Origin: Narcine bancroftii
Taxonomy: Eukaryota
DNA: 64,000 nt
Assembly: GCF_036971445.1 (NCBI RefSeq)
Contig: NC_091476.1
Coordinates: 178,188,001 to 178,252,000 of the forward strand
Direction: 5' to 3'
Part shown: in pieces, positions 12,974-25,870 of the stretch
Layout of the letters: each line of letters opens with the position of its first letter
How positions within the stretch are numbered: the first letter of the stretch is position 1
Notes under the pieces: model-generated
The model's input: only the letters and a program-made list of their open reading frames with translations
Told to the model about the DNA's origin: nothing
Database searches by the model: none
Position numbers and translations under genes: made by a program

Positions 12974-14210
12974 ATTGTCAATGGGAATGCTCAATGAGAC
13001 CGTTGGCCTGTGGATGGTAAGCCATAGTGTGAATGTGGGTAGTGCACAAAAGATCAGTGGCATCTCGAAACAACACCAACCTGAATGGAGACCCTCGATA
13101 ACAGTGACCAGAACACCCGAGAAACTGTCTGAGGAAAAGAGAGCAGCCAATGTGCCCGTTGGCAGCAGTTACCTCTACTGGCAGGCTTGGTCATTTCCCA
13201 ACTGCCATTTGTAGAAGTCACAAGGTGGCTGACAGGACCAGGCAGCAGCGCCAAATCTCCAATGCTTCCAACAAAGATGCTGTCCGTCACCTCTAACATG
13301 TCCTTGACCACCACAATTCCAACCAGGTCGACGGAAGGAATTCCTTTGCGTGCCCAAAGCCTGGATCTGTGTAGTCAGTGCTGCCATTTGCTGCTCCAAC
13401 TCAGTTATCTTCGTTTGATACGGTGTAGGTGCTGTCTTCATTTGAGAAGATGCTGGTACTACCTTTGATTGATAAGGTGCTGGCACATCACAAGGTGCAA
13501 TAAGCAGCTGTTCCAGTTCCATTAGCTTCAGCTGACTAGGGAAGAAGCCAATCTTTCTATCTTCAATGCGGAGGTCGTGGGCATAACAAGGTCAGCATGA
13601 TCTGCCAACTGATCAAGGATGGACATTGGAAAGGCACTCACCAAATGCTGTTGAACATGATGAGGTAAACATCGAAAAAAATTTCCAAAAATTGCCTTTG
13701 ACACAGTCTGTTCCAGCTAGCTTGTGCCACCTCCTCAACATCTCTGATGGTTGCCTATCACCTAGGCTGTCATCAGCTAGTAATTGGGCAATACAAGTCT
13801 CCTTAGATGGCTGAGTACGCCACAGAATAGCCGTCTTAAGCCTGTCACATGGGAGATTATCATTCGGATTCACTAAGACATTCTCCACTTCACAGGCAAT
13901 CTGGCTTGGAAGATGCTCCACAAATCAATCTTCTGACTTGTCACACTGAGGGCAGAGAAGCATGCCTCGAGGATCGTGAACCATGCTGGTGCATTATTTA
14001 TAAAAAGGAAGAATCTTCAATTTGACCTCCCTAACTGCTACTGTAAGGAGTTTATCCTTATCATTATCCATTTTAAATCAGAAGTCTGCGTGTTCAAATC
14101 ACGTTGGGGTCACCACTTGTAACAGCACTGATTCACGATAGCTTTTATACATATGCGCACAGGCACACACACACACCCCATCACACCACTACTTAGGTGA
14201 TCACGTTCAA
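12974..14210 (-). mobile_element. Gypsy LTR retrotransposon remnant (LTR end, PBS, gag, start of protease)
   Basis: LTR end ...gttaCA, then ag, then TGGTGACCCC; gag ATG at 14071; CWKHWRFGAAAWSCQPPC gag knuckle; protease-like region near 13100; frameshifted. Confidence 0.85.
14077..14115 (-). other. Extended primer-binding site complementary to the 3' half of tRNA-Trp including CCA
   Basis: Plus strand atcagaagtctgcgtgttcaaatcacgttggggtcacca versus recalled vertebrate tRNA-Trp ATCAGAAGGCTGCGTGTTCAAATCACGTCGGGGTCACCA. Confidence 0.85.
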
Positions 14211-16925
14211 CTGACTGACTTTTGTGCTGTGTGATGCCTGGAATGCATTCATTGCCAAATGGTGGGCGCTGGTATAATATGGACATTCAAAAGACAAAGT
14301 TAGGCACATGGATAGAAAAGAGAGTTATGAGCTATGAGGTTGGGAAGGGTTAGATGGCTGCTGGAATTGGTTTATTTTAGGTTGTCACAACATTGTGATG
14401 TTCTGCAACAAGATATTTGTATAATGCTTTAAAGACAGTAAGAATGCCTTCAGGCACTCTATGCAAAAGTTATTAAATAATACTTGGCACTAAGCCATGT
14501 AAGAAAGTTGGAGTAGACGTCCAAAGGTTTGGTTGAAGAGTTTGTTTTACATTGAACACTACAACACAGGACAGGCCCTTTGGTTCTCGATGTTGTGCTG
14601 ACACATATATTTCTTAAAAATAAGTAATAAACCCTCCCTACCCCATAACACTCTATTTTTTTCCATCATGTCCCTAATGTTTCAGGCTCCACCACCATCC
14701 ATGGCAAGGCATTCCAGGCACCCTCAACCCTCTGCATAAACTCACCCCTGATGTCTCCCCTAAATTTCTCTCCCTTCACTTTGTACACTCATCCTTGGGA
14801 GTTTGCTATTAAAATAAAGAAAATTATTCTCTTGATGTGGATTAACGTGTTACCCTGTTGTTTGGAGTCTAATGCAACCACAAGGCATTGGAGTAAATAT
14901 TACTGTGGTAACCTAGAGTCATTGAATTGCACAGCTTAGAAACCGTTCCTTCCACCTAACCTGCCAATGCTGACTGGTTACAAACTTGAGTTTGTCCTAT
15001 TTGCCTTGCATTTGGCTCATATTGCTCAGAATATTTCCTTTCCTGAAATCTGCCGAAATGTCTTTCAAAAATTGTAATTGTTCCTAAAATACCATGGATG
15101 ATTAAAATCTAAATAAAGAAGATGCTACAAGTATTCAACAATTCAAGCCAATTCTATCAGGAAAAATAGTTAATGTTTCAGGGTGATGATCTTCTGTCCA
15201 ATACATTCTCATTTCTTAGCCCTTCCTCAGCTTCTTCCCCATTTCTTATTCCCCCTTGATCTACTTGATATCCTCCCTTCCTACTTTCATCTTGATAGAG
15301 TCCCAATCCAAAACATTGATCATTTCTCCCCAAGCAGCTCATCGCCCTATTGCTGTTTGTGAGAGTTTGCTCTTCTCAAGGTGGTGGCCACATTTACTGC
15401 ACTGCAGATTTAATTTTCTAAATGCATCAGCATGTTCTTAAAGGCTGGATTTTAGTTTCTTTCCCCTGCACATCAGTCACAACTTAAAAGCCCAGTGGGA
15501 TTTTGACTGAAACAGATATTTATCTATTATCCCATGGATCTCTTATTGAGAGCTTGAGGCAGGGTTTCTGTTTTTTTTATCCTCAGTTTTTGACAGATGA
15601 GCTGCTGAGTGTAAGATGAGAAGAATTATTTTTGAAAAATATCATTCCCTGCTTCACATTTAGAAGTTCCACAGGAATACCAGGCCAGGTTATCTGAGGG
15701 GGCCACCAAATTTCAGAGCTAGTATCAATTCTCTTTTAAAAACCAGGAGGTTAAAGGGATTAGTGATGAAAATACTGGGAGGTGGAGGAGAATAATGAGA
15801 AAGAGAATCTTGACTGGTGAATGCAGGAATGCACCTCCTATCTGCTGTGGGTAATGTGTTTCATTCTGAAGCAGGACCCATGATAGCATCTCCAGTTGGT
15901 GGTTAGCAGAGGGTTGACGTCAGGCACTGCTGATCAGTATGCTGTTGAAGTGAGGCCAGACTAAAAATGAGTTCTTAACCACGGGGTCCTATCTATTCCT
16001 TTTGACAGCAGCTTAATGGAATAAATTCTTTTGCTAAAATTGAGTTGTTGGTTGGGGAGCATAGAGAGGAGTCAAGGTCATGTAAAAAAAGAGTCAACTC
16101 TTTTATAGCTTGTTACATTTTACAATAGATTTATTCTAAGGAATTAAATGGACAATTTCAAGGGTGGCTCATTAGTATTGTGATCCAGCAGGTGAGTCTT
16201 TTGGAATCATCCTTGCTGATGTCAGTCTTTGCAGACAGTTATCCAGAAAATAAAATGAAATTTCTCTTAATTTTCTTTTGTACAAGTTGACCAAGTCTGG
16301 ATTTTGGAAAAAGACATACAATGATGCAGATCCTTTCATAAGAAATGCAGCAGCCAATTTACAAATGCACTGTAATGATCATTGGATAATCAGTTATCAG
16401 CGTTTAGTATTGGCTCATTGTCATGACCACATTGAAATGGGCCCTTCAGCACTCTATGTTGATGCCAGTCTTTTTGCCCATCTACACTAATACGATTTGA
16501 CACACCAGCTCTGCATCCTTCGATGCCTTGCCTACTTAAATGTCTGTATAAATGCAATTATTTCTGATTCCACCATGTCCTCTGTAGCATGTTCCAAATA
16601 TTGTCTTGTCTATGTAATGGGTCCTGCCCCTCAAATCCTTTTTCACATTCTTCCTTCATACCTTAAACCTGTACCCTCTTATTTTTGATACCTCTATCAT
16701 GGGAAATCGATTTTGTCCATGCATTGTCCAAATATTTTAAATGTCCTTCAGGTGCAGGAGGATTGGAGGATGGCTAATGTCTGTGGATTAAGAAAGGCTC
16801 TAAATATAATCTGAGAAGTTATAGGCCAGTGTGCCTGATATCAGGAGTGGGTAATTTGTTGGAAGGTCTCCTGAGAGACTGGAGATACAAATATTGGGAT
16901 TGTGAAGGTCTGGTTGGGGATAGTT

Positions 16926-18941
16926 ATATCAATTTTTTCTTTTTTCAGTAAATTTAGCAGTTTCTTCCTTTTGATTTGGTTATGTTTTCCTTTAATATTT
17001 AAAGTCATATAGTTCAATGTAGCCATTTCATACTTTGTTTATCTTTCCGTTTCCTCATCATCACCTTTCCTTCTTATCTATTTCTGCTTTCTTGTTTTGA
17101 ACACTTTATAAGACAACATTTGTAAAACATCAAACATTTCCCTTATTCTCCTATCTAAAATTTCTTTAACCCCACTATCCCCTCCCCTTCCTGAGTTGCC
17201 CTTTATCCCTTGTCGGGCAACCACATCTCCCCTCTCCATTTGGATTTGCGAATTCACTCGCAAGCGTCAACTGATTTCGCAGTGACCGTAACTCCTCCCC
17301 ACCCCGCCTCCCCCAGAAAAGATTTTAATTTTCATATACAACAAAGGTCACTCTCTTAATTCCCTCCTTACTTCCTCTCTTCCCTTTCTTTCCCTTATTA
17401 ATTCTTATCTATACTCTATATATTTTCTTTTAANNNNNNNNNNNNNNNNNNNNNNNNNNNNNNNNNNNNNNNNNNNNNNNNNNNNNNNNNNNNNNNNNNN
17501 NNNNNNNNNNNNNNNNNNNNNNNNNNNNNNNNNNNNNNNNNNNNNNNNNNNNNNNNNNNNNNNNNNNNNNNNNNNNNNGTGGTCATTTTTGCTCTCGTTA
17601 CATGTCTTCATCTCTCTGTCTGTTTTGTAGTTCTGCAAATTTTCGTGCTTCCTCCGGATCTGAGAATAGTCTGTTTTGCTGCCCTGGAATAACTATTTTA
17701 AGTACCGCTGGGTACTTTAGCATAAATTTATATCCTTTTTTCCATAGGATTGCTTTTGCTGTATTAAACTCCTTTCTCTTCTTCAGGAGTTCAAAACTTA
17801 TGTCTGGATAGAAAAAAATTTTTTGACCTTTGTATTCCAGTGGCTTTTTGTCTTCTCTTATTTTCTTCATTGCTTTCTCCAATATATTTTCTCTCGTTGT
17901 ATATCTTAGGAATTTTACTAAAATGGATCTTGGTTTTTGTTGTGGCTGTGGTTTAGGGGCAAATGTTCTATGTGCCCTTTCTATTTCAATTTCTTCCTGT
18001 AATTCTGGTCTTCCTAGGACCCTGGGGATCCAATCTTTTATGAATTCTCTCATATTCTTGCCTTCTTCATCTTCCTTAAGGCCCACTATCTTTATATTAT
18101 TTCTTCTATTATAATTTTCCATTATATCTATCGTCTGAGCTAACAGCTCTTGTGTCTCTTTAACTTTTTTATTAGATTCTTCTAATTTCTTTTTAAAGTC
18201 CTCTACTTCCATTTCTACGGCTGTTTCTCGTTCTTCCACCTTGTCCACTCTTTTTCCTATATCTGACATGACCATCTCTAATCTATTCATTTTTACTTCT
18301 GTACTTTTAATTCTTCTTTTTATTTCACTAAATTCTTGTGATTGCCATTCTTTTACTGATTCCATATATTCTTTAAAAAAAAATATATCCATTGTCTTGC
18401 CTTTCCCTTCTTCCATTTCTCTGTGTTCTTCTTCTTCTTCTTCCTCTGGGTTGGTCATCTGTTGTTTCCTTGATTTCTTTTTACTCTCTTCTTTCTTGTT
18501 CTCGTTGTTTTCTATGTTCTCTTCTTGCTGCTGTGCTGTGGCAGTCATTCTCAGCTGTGGAGATCGACTCCTCAGCTGGTCCCCCCTCCCGTCAGTGTTT
18601 TTTTTGTCTTGCGTGGTTGCGCACTTTTGCTTGGCTCGCGGGCCATTTTTGTAGTCCCGAGCTCGGGACTTCGACTGACCTGAGGGAGCGGGCTTCTCTC
18701 TCCACAGCGTGCCTCCTCGGACAGGTAAGGCCTTCATCTTCTTCTTCCGATGTCTTTTCTTTTTCTCTTCTTCCCGTTGCTTTCGACTTTTCTTTCTTCG
18801 CTGCCATTTTCTTCCCACCTTTACTTTCACTTTATTTTATTTTTTGTGTTTGTGCCTTTGTGTTTTCTGTGTTTTTTTTAAACTTTTCCAGAGAGGGCTG
18901 GAGTTCCCCGACCGGCCACTACTCCATCACGTGACTTCCCC
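16926..18941 (-). mobile_element. L1, 5'-intact and 3'-truncated (5' UTR, ORF1, spacer, ~34 codons of ORF2)
   Basis: L1 ORF1p (RRNNIKIVGLKE, EIERAHR, FYPDIS), frameshifted at an A-run near 18600; 14-bp TSD ggttggggatagtt at 16912-16925 and 18942-18955. Confidence 0.92.
17434..17578. other. Assembly gap (145 N)
   Basis: N run at the position where the sister L1 carries a (TA)n tract. Confidence 0.99.
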
Positions 18942-19173
18942 GGTTGGGGATAGTTGACTTTGTTTGTGGTGGGCCACATTTAACCAGTTTTGTAGCATTT
19001 TCATGGAGGTCACCAGGAGCGTTGATGAAGGAAAGGCAGTAGATCTTGTCCGCGTGAGCTTTAGTAAGACCTTTGACAAGGTCCCACATGGAAGTTTGAT
19101 GAAGAAGGTTTAGTTGTTTGACATCCAAATTGAATCTGACATTGTTTTTTTTCAGGGAAGTGAGAGTGAGAGA

Positions 19174-19211
<38 letters not shown>

Positions 19212-20344
19212 TAGTACATGATTGCCTCTGATTTGACTGGAGGTCTGTGACTGGTGATGTGCTTCAGGAAACAGCATTGACTCCATTGTTGTTTGTCATT
19301 TATATCATTGTTCTTGATAATATAATAAATTGGATCAGCAATTTTGCAGGTGACAAAGATGGGGAGGAGTCTGTAGTTGACAGTGAGGAAGGCTTTCAAA
19401 GGTTACAACGGGATCTGGATTAGATGGAAGAATGGGATGCTGAATGGTAGATGGAATTTAAGTGGACAAATGTGATATATTGCACTATGGGAGGATGAAT
19501 AAAAGTAGGACAAGTGTGGCAGAACAGATGGATCTGGGAATGCAGATGCACAATTCCTTGAAAGCGGTGTAACTGGTATATATGGTGTTTAAAAAAGTTT
19601 TTTGGCATATTGGCCTTTATAAATCAAAGTATGGAGAACAGGAGTTGGGATGTTATGATGAAGTTGTATCAGACATTGGTAAGGCCAAATTTGGAGTATT
19701 AGTCACCTATGTCCAGGAAAGATACCAATAAAATTGAAAGAGTGCATGTAGAATTCACAAGGATATTGGTGAGACTGAATGAGCCATTGTAATAGGTTGT
19801 TTAGGACTTCTTTTGGAGTGTCAAAAAAAGAAGAGAGATTTGATAAAGGTAGGCAAAATAATGACGAATATGGAAAGGATGCAAACAGTATTTTTCCACT
19901 GACGGGTGAAACAAGAATGAGGCGACATGGGTTAGTGTTGAAAAGCAAAATATCTCAAGGGAACAAACATCAAAGTGAATTTCTTCACTCAAAGGGTGGT
20001 GAGAGTGCAGAACAAGCTATCAGAGGAAATGGTAGCAGCTGGTACAATTAAACATTTGAAAGCCATTTAGACAGGTACGTGGATAGAATAGGTTTCGAGA
20101 TATGTGGGCTAAATGCAGGCAAATGGGCTAGCTCAGGTAGACAACTTGGTTGGCATGGACACATTGGGTGAAGAGCCAATTTCTATGCTGTTTGACTCCA
20201 TAAATCGATTACTTTAATAACAAAATGAAATAGACTTATTTTAATCTAAATCAGAAGATCATGATAAAATCTCATTCTAAAGACTTGAGTACAAAATCTA
20301 AGCTGAGATTTTGGTGTGGTACTTAGCAATGCTACATTGATTTT

Positions 20345-20570
20345 TAAAAAATAAATTTTATAGTCCATGCCGCCCAATTTTCACACCCAATTAACCTACC
20401 CCCCTGGTACATTTTGAATGGTGGGAGGAAACTGGAGCCCCTGAGGAAACCCATGCAGACACAGGGAGAGCATACAAACTCCTTACCGTTAGCACGTGAG
20501 TCGAACCCTTGTCTCGATTGCTAGTGCTGTTAAAGGCGTTCCGCTAACCGCTTCACCAATTATCGTGCCA
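20345..20570 (-). mobile_element. tRNA-derived SINE; related copies at about 42258-42495 (+), 48975-49195 (+), 49955-50110 (+) and 58245-58440 (+)
   Basis: A-box-like gcggttagcg, B-box ggttcgaat/ctc, and core gtaaggagtttgtatgttctcccc...gtgggtttcct. Confidence 0.75.
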
Positions 20571-20760
20571 GTACCTGGTACTTCAGATGAGTTGCCTCAC
20601 TGAAACCAAATTTGCTGTATAAAGTGAATGTAAAAGGTCCTTTGGCACCATTTCAAGAAGAGAAGATATCCCTGAGTCCTGGTTGACATCACTGAAACAG
20701 ATTATCAGGTCATTGTTATGTTGCTACTTGCTTGCAAGTTACCACAGTGCTTCCTGTGTT

Positions 20761-21385
20761 CTTCTTCTTTGGCTTGGCTTCGCGGACGAAGATTTATGGA
20801 GGGGGTAAAAAGTCCACGTCAGCTGCAGGCTCGTTTGTGGCTGACAAGTCCGATGCGGGACAGGCAGACACGGTTGCAGCGGTTGCAGGGGAAAATTGGT
20901 TGGTTGGGGTTGGGTGTTGGGTTTTTCCTCCTTTGCCTTTTGTCAGTGAGGTGGGCTCTGCGGTCTTCTTCAAAGGAGGTTGCTGCCCGCCAAACTGTGA
21001 GGCGCCAAGATGCATGGTTTGAGGCGTTATCAGCCCACTGGCGGTGGTCAATGTGGCAGGCACCAAGAGATTTCTTTAGGCAGTCCTTGTACCTTTTCTT
21101 TGGTGCACCTCTGTCACGGTGGCCAGTGGAGAGCTCGCCATATAACACGATCTTGGGAAGGCGATGGTCCTCCATTCTGGAGACGTGACCCACCCAGCGC
21201 AGCTGGATCTTCAGCAGCGTGGACTTGATGCTGTCGACCTCTGCCATCTCGAGTACTTCGACGTTAGGGATGAAAGCGCTCCAATGGATGTTGAGGATGG
21301 AGCGGAGACAACGCTGGTGGAAGCGTTCTAGGAGCTGTAGGTGGTGCCGGTAGAGGACCCATGATTCGGAGCCGAACAGGAGTGT
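20761..21385 (-). mobile_element. RTE LINE, 5'-truncated
   Basis: LLFGSESWVLYRHH...[15 protein letters not shown]; (GAA)n tail; probable TSD tgtgtt. Confidence 0.93.
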
Positions 21386-22089
21386 GTTACTGCAGTGAAT
21401 ACTCTCATCATCTGTAAAGCTCTTTGGAACATCCAATGGCATGACAAAAAGCAATGTAATTGTAAGCCTTTTGTAATTTTCCTTTTGGAAGTTGCATGCA
21501 GTGGATTTCACACACCAGAGAAAAATAGTTTTCTCTCCTTTTGTGCTATCGACAAAAGTGCTGGAGAAACTCACTCAACCCCAGAATCTGCAGATTTTTT
21601 GTACTGACTGCTTCTGCAGGAACATTTTCTGAATGAATGGATGAGTGTTTATTTTGATTTACATAAATTCAATTTACATTGCTGCAGAAGTCTTACTTGC
21701 TGAATTTTCCCAGTTGTAAACATATGAACGATAATTTAAATACTGTATATAGGATGGAAGAACAGAAAAAAGATTAATATAAAAAGTAATTAAGTAATAA
21801 TATACTCACAATTGTTTTTTTCCGAACTAATGTCAAAGAGAACCTCTTTAAGCAAGCTAAAACAATGGACCCAACACTGATTCCTGAAGCACGCCTCCAG
21901 TCACAGAGGCAATCATATATTACCATTCTCTGACTTCTTCGAAAAAACCATTGTCTCATCCCATTTACTACCATGTGCGATCTGTGGACTGTTTGGGATG
22001 ATGTTTGTGGGGTAAGAATGTTTCAACTAGTGGAGGCTAGCATTGTTGGGCTGACCCTTTCAATTTGCTCCACTGCTCAAAAAAATTAC

Positions 22090-23770
22090 AGCAGGGATCA
22101 GACAACGTACTTGCTTGTGTACTGAAGGACTGCGCACACCAACTGACGGAGGTCCTTACAGACATCTTCAACATGCATTGGAGTAGTCCATCATCCCTGT
22201 GGGTTTCAAAAAAGCCAGCATTATCCTGCTTCCAAAGAGAGTGACAGTAACAGGCCTGATTGGCCACCACCTTGTGGCACTGACCTCCACCATTCTGAAA
22301 TGCTTCGAGTGTCTGGTGATGGAACGCATCAAAGCACACCTCCCATAGGCACTGGACCCATTTCAATTTCCCTAAAAACTAAATCATTCCACTGATGATG
22401 CTATAGCCTTGCCCCTCCATTTTGACCTGACCCACCCGGAAAATTACGTCTCATATGCCAGGCTGCTGTTCATCAACTTCAGCTTGATATTTAATATGAT
22501 GATTCCCCAGAGGCTGGTGGGGAAGCTGTTCTCGCTGGAACTCAATACCCTTCTCTGTAACTGGATTCTGGACTTTCTAACTGAAAGACCACAATCTATC
22601 TGGTTCGGCAGCAGAATGTTGAGCACTGTTGTACCTCAGGGCTGTGTGCTTAAACTGCTCTTGTTCACGTACCGACCCTTCGACTGCAACGCCAGATCCA
22701 ACTCCAACAGAGTCATCAAGTTTGTACATGACATGGCAGTAGTTGGCCTCATCAGCAACAAAGGTGAGTCGTACTACAGAGAAAAGATGGAAAATCTCTT
22801 GATGTGGTATGAGGATAACAACCTGAGTCTCAATGTGGATAAGACAAAGGAGATGATCGTGAACTTCAGGAGGACCAGAAATGATCACCCTCACTATACA
22901 TTAATAACAAGAGAGTGTTGCTCGGAGTCCACTTACAAGTGACCTATCCTGGACACACAACATGTCCTCACTTGTCAGGAAGGTGCAACAGTGACTGCAC
23001 TTCCTGAGAAGACTGAGGCTGCAAGGTTATTGACCACCATCCTGTTAACTTTCTACAGGACCTCTAATAAAAGTGGTGTGAAACGCAAAAGCCTGCAGGC
23101 GCTGTGATTCTAGTAAAATTACACAGAAATGCAGGGGAACTCAGCTGATCTTGCAGCATCCATAGGAGATAAAGATCTAAAGATATCTTCAAGGGCTCAG
23201 GCCTGAAATGTCAGTAATATATCTTTATATGGATGCTGTGAGACTGGACTGAGTACTTCTGAGTACAGTATTTCTGTGTGTTTTTTCTATTGAAAGTGTC
23301 TGGCCAACTGCAACATAGTGTGGTACGGTTGCCATAGAAAATTGAATCAGAGGTTAATTCACAGGACCATAAGAGTGGCAGGAAAGATCACTGAGGTCTA
23401 TCTTCTTCCCCCCACCTCCATTGACATGATCTACTGGGATTATTGGTCTGAAAAGGGCACACAAAATTGTTGAGGATCCCTACCACCCCACAGACAGCAT
23501 CTTTCAGCTACTTCGTTGGGAAAGAAATACAGGAATATCAGAGCCAGAGCTACCAGACTGAGAAACAGCTTCTTCCCATGGGCAGGGAGACTGCTGAACA
23601 ACTAAATGAACTGCTCATACTAATCCTTTGAGACTCCACTATTTATTAAACAATATTTTTGCTTGTCTGTATGTGAGTTATATCTGTTTGCATGTTTTTG
23701 CACCGAGGACTGGAGAATACTGTTTCGTTGGGTTGTATGTACAATTAGATGATAATAAACTTGAACTAAT
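22090..23770 (+). mobile_element. Rex1/Babar-type LINE, degraded
   Basis: [49 protein letters not shown]; aataaacttgaact tail. Confidence 0.85.
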
Positions 23771-24789
23771 GAACTACTGTGATACCACAAAAGGCCTGAT
23801 TGGTCATTGAAATGCCACTTTTTTCCTTCACCAACTGTTACTGTGAATATTTATTATCAGGTTATATTTACATTTATTATGCATGATATTGAATGACAGA
23901 GCCTGTTCAATGGGCTAGATGGCCTATTGCTGCTCCTATTTCTTATGTTATCTCTTTTTTGGGTGATTTAATATGTACAAATAGAATTAGATTTTTATAA
24001 ACGTACCTGTGCAACTGTAGCAAGAGTTTTTGGGTTCATGGTCCTGTGTGTATGTCAATAAACTCATTGTCAGTATCATAATCCTAATTATTTTCTGAGT
24101 GTTTTGAATAAACTCAGCATCAAGCCTTGTAAGGGTTTAAAAATTTACAGTTAGATAAATATGAAAGAAATATTTTTCTTGCCCCTGAACTCAATCCTAA
24201 ATGGTCAATGACTTCTCCACTGATATCTTTCAAGTGTGGACTCTACAGTTGGAGTTGGCTTCCATTGACCCAATTAATCCCTCCTGGAGTCTAGTATCTC
24301 ATTCAGATCCCATGATTATAACCAATCTTATTTCATCAGTGAGGAACCCCATTTGGCTATGGATGCATTCTGGTCCCAACTGTAGCATCTCAAATTTCCC
24401 TGTAGACCTACAAATGTTTTTTCTTTCCTAGGCCCAACACCTCCCATTTTTATTCTTTCTGGCAATAACCTACATTAAAGCATTATTTTCAGCTGCCAAT
24501 TAACCGACAAACACCACTTGTTGATTTGGAAAATGGCAACGGTTGGCAGTAGAATTTTTCTTTGCAAACATAAGAGACTGCAAATGCTGGAATCTGGAAG
24601 AAAAAACAACTAGAGGAACTCAGTGGATTGAGCAGCCTCAATAAGATGAAACCCTCCAGCAGCTGGGATTGTTTTTGGATTCAGCAGTGAAAGATTAAAA
24701 GCCTCATCAGAAGGGTGAAAAAATGTGTAACATGAGAAACAGTAGCACAGTTTATGTGGCTACATGAAAAAGAGGAGAATTGTTACAGT

Positions 24790-25870
24790 AAATGTGGGTA
24801 TCTTTAGAAAACAAGGCTGGTGATGTGGTTACTGGAAACAGAAAAAATGCATGCATCTTAAATTAGTTTTTGTATTTGTCTTTGCTGCAGAAAATATGTT
24901 GCCAAGATGGAGAGGGAGCAGAGAAGATGTACAAAGATGTTGCCAGGACTTGGGAGGCCTGTGCTTTACGGAGAGGTTGAGCGAGCTGGGGCTTTCTTTA
25001 TTCCTTGGAGTGCAGGAGGATGAGGGGTGATCTCACAGAGGTGGACAAAACCATGAGAGAAGTAGATCACGTGAATAACCAATAACCATAGGTTTAAACC
25101 GAGGGAGAGCAATTTAATAAGAATCTGAGGGGTGACTTTTTTCATACAAGAGGGTGGTAAAGGTATGGAATAAGCTGACTGAGGAGGTGGTTGGGGCTGG
25201 TACTCTTGCAACATTGAAGACAGATACACAGTGGGTTTAGAGGGATATGGGCCAAACACAGGCAGGTAGGTCGAATGCGGCTGGGACATTTTGGTCGGCA
25301 TGGGAAAGTTTGGCCGAAGCTCCTGTTTCTGTGCAGTTTGGCTCTTAAGTTGACGGTTATGCTAATTTCAGGTAACATGCAAGAGCATGTAAACATTACA
25401 AAGGACAAGTATCAGAGAAATGTATAGGACTTAACGCAGCACAATATGATAGCCAGTGCCCGAAGGTTTGAATGGAAGTAGATGCAGAGATAGTGGACCC
25501 ATTTGTTGAAGTTGTTCAAAACTCTTTATATTCGAGAAGAGTATCAGAGTATTGGAAAACCACAGTGAAGAATGGGGACCATAAGCCAGTTAGGTTAACA
25601 TCTATTGGTGGCAAGGTGTCAATAATCAAAGAGGAAATAAGTAATCTTTTCAAAAAGCTGAACACAATCAAATGGTTTAGAAATGTAAATCACACTTGAC
25701 AAATTTGCTTGAATTCTTTGAGGATGTGAAATCTCACTTAGTCCAAGCATATGAGTGAGGCAAGCAAACTGGCTGATCGGTGGCAACTTTCCAAACAAGG
25801 TCGATAATCGGTGTCTCCAATACTGTTCTTGGAATATAACCATTTTGTGTATCTTGATAAACAATTCACT
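24790..25870 (+). mobile_element. Degraded CR1 fragments
   Basis: ggatgaggggtgatctc...gagg and CR1 3' UTR-like sequence; RT-region remnants downstream. Confidence 0.65.

Larger units (their letters stand above)
16745..20200 (+). mobile_element. Degraded CR1 split by an L1 insertion
   Basis: gaggattggaggatggctaatgt, tataggccagt, cctttgacaaggtcccacatgg and later CR1 RT/3' motifs. Confidence 0.75.

Noticed and set aside
12677-13020. ORFs with CV/HT repeats
   Set aside because: Translations of the (CA)n microsatellite.
14077-14115. tRNA-Trp gene
   Set aside because: Only the 3' half is present, CCA is encoded, and it abuts an LTR end; it is a PBS, not a tRNA gene.
17598-18830. 410-aa ORF as an intact or domesticated gene
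   Set aside because: It is L1 ORF1. The true start (MAAKKEK, 18807) is in another frame and joined by an A-run frameshift.
18392-18934. Hydrophobic membrane-like antisense ORFs in L1 (also 2291-2695 and 43105-43572)
   Set aside because: Expected by-product of the antisense strand of purine-rich L1 ORF1; frames are not conserved among copies.
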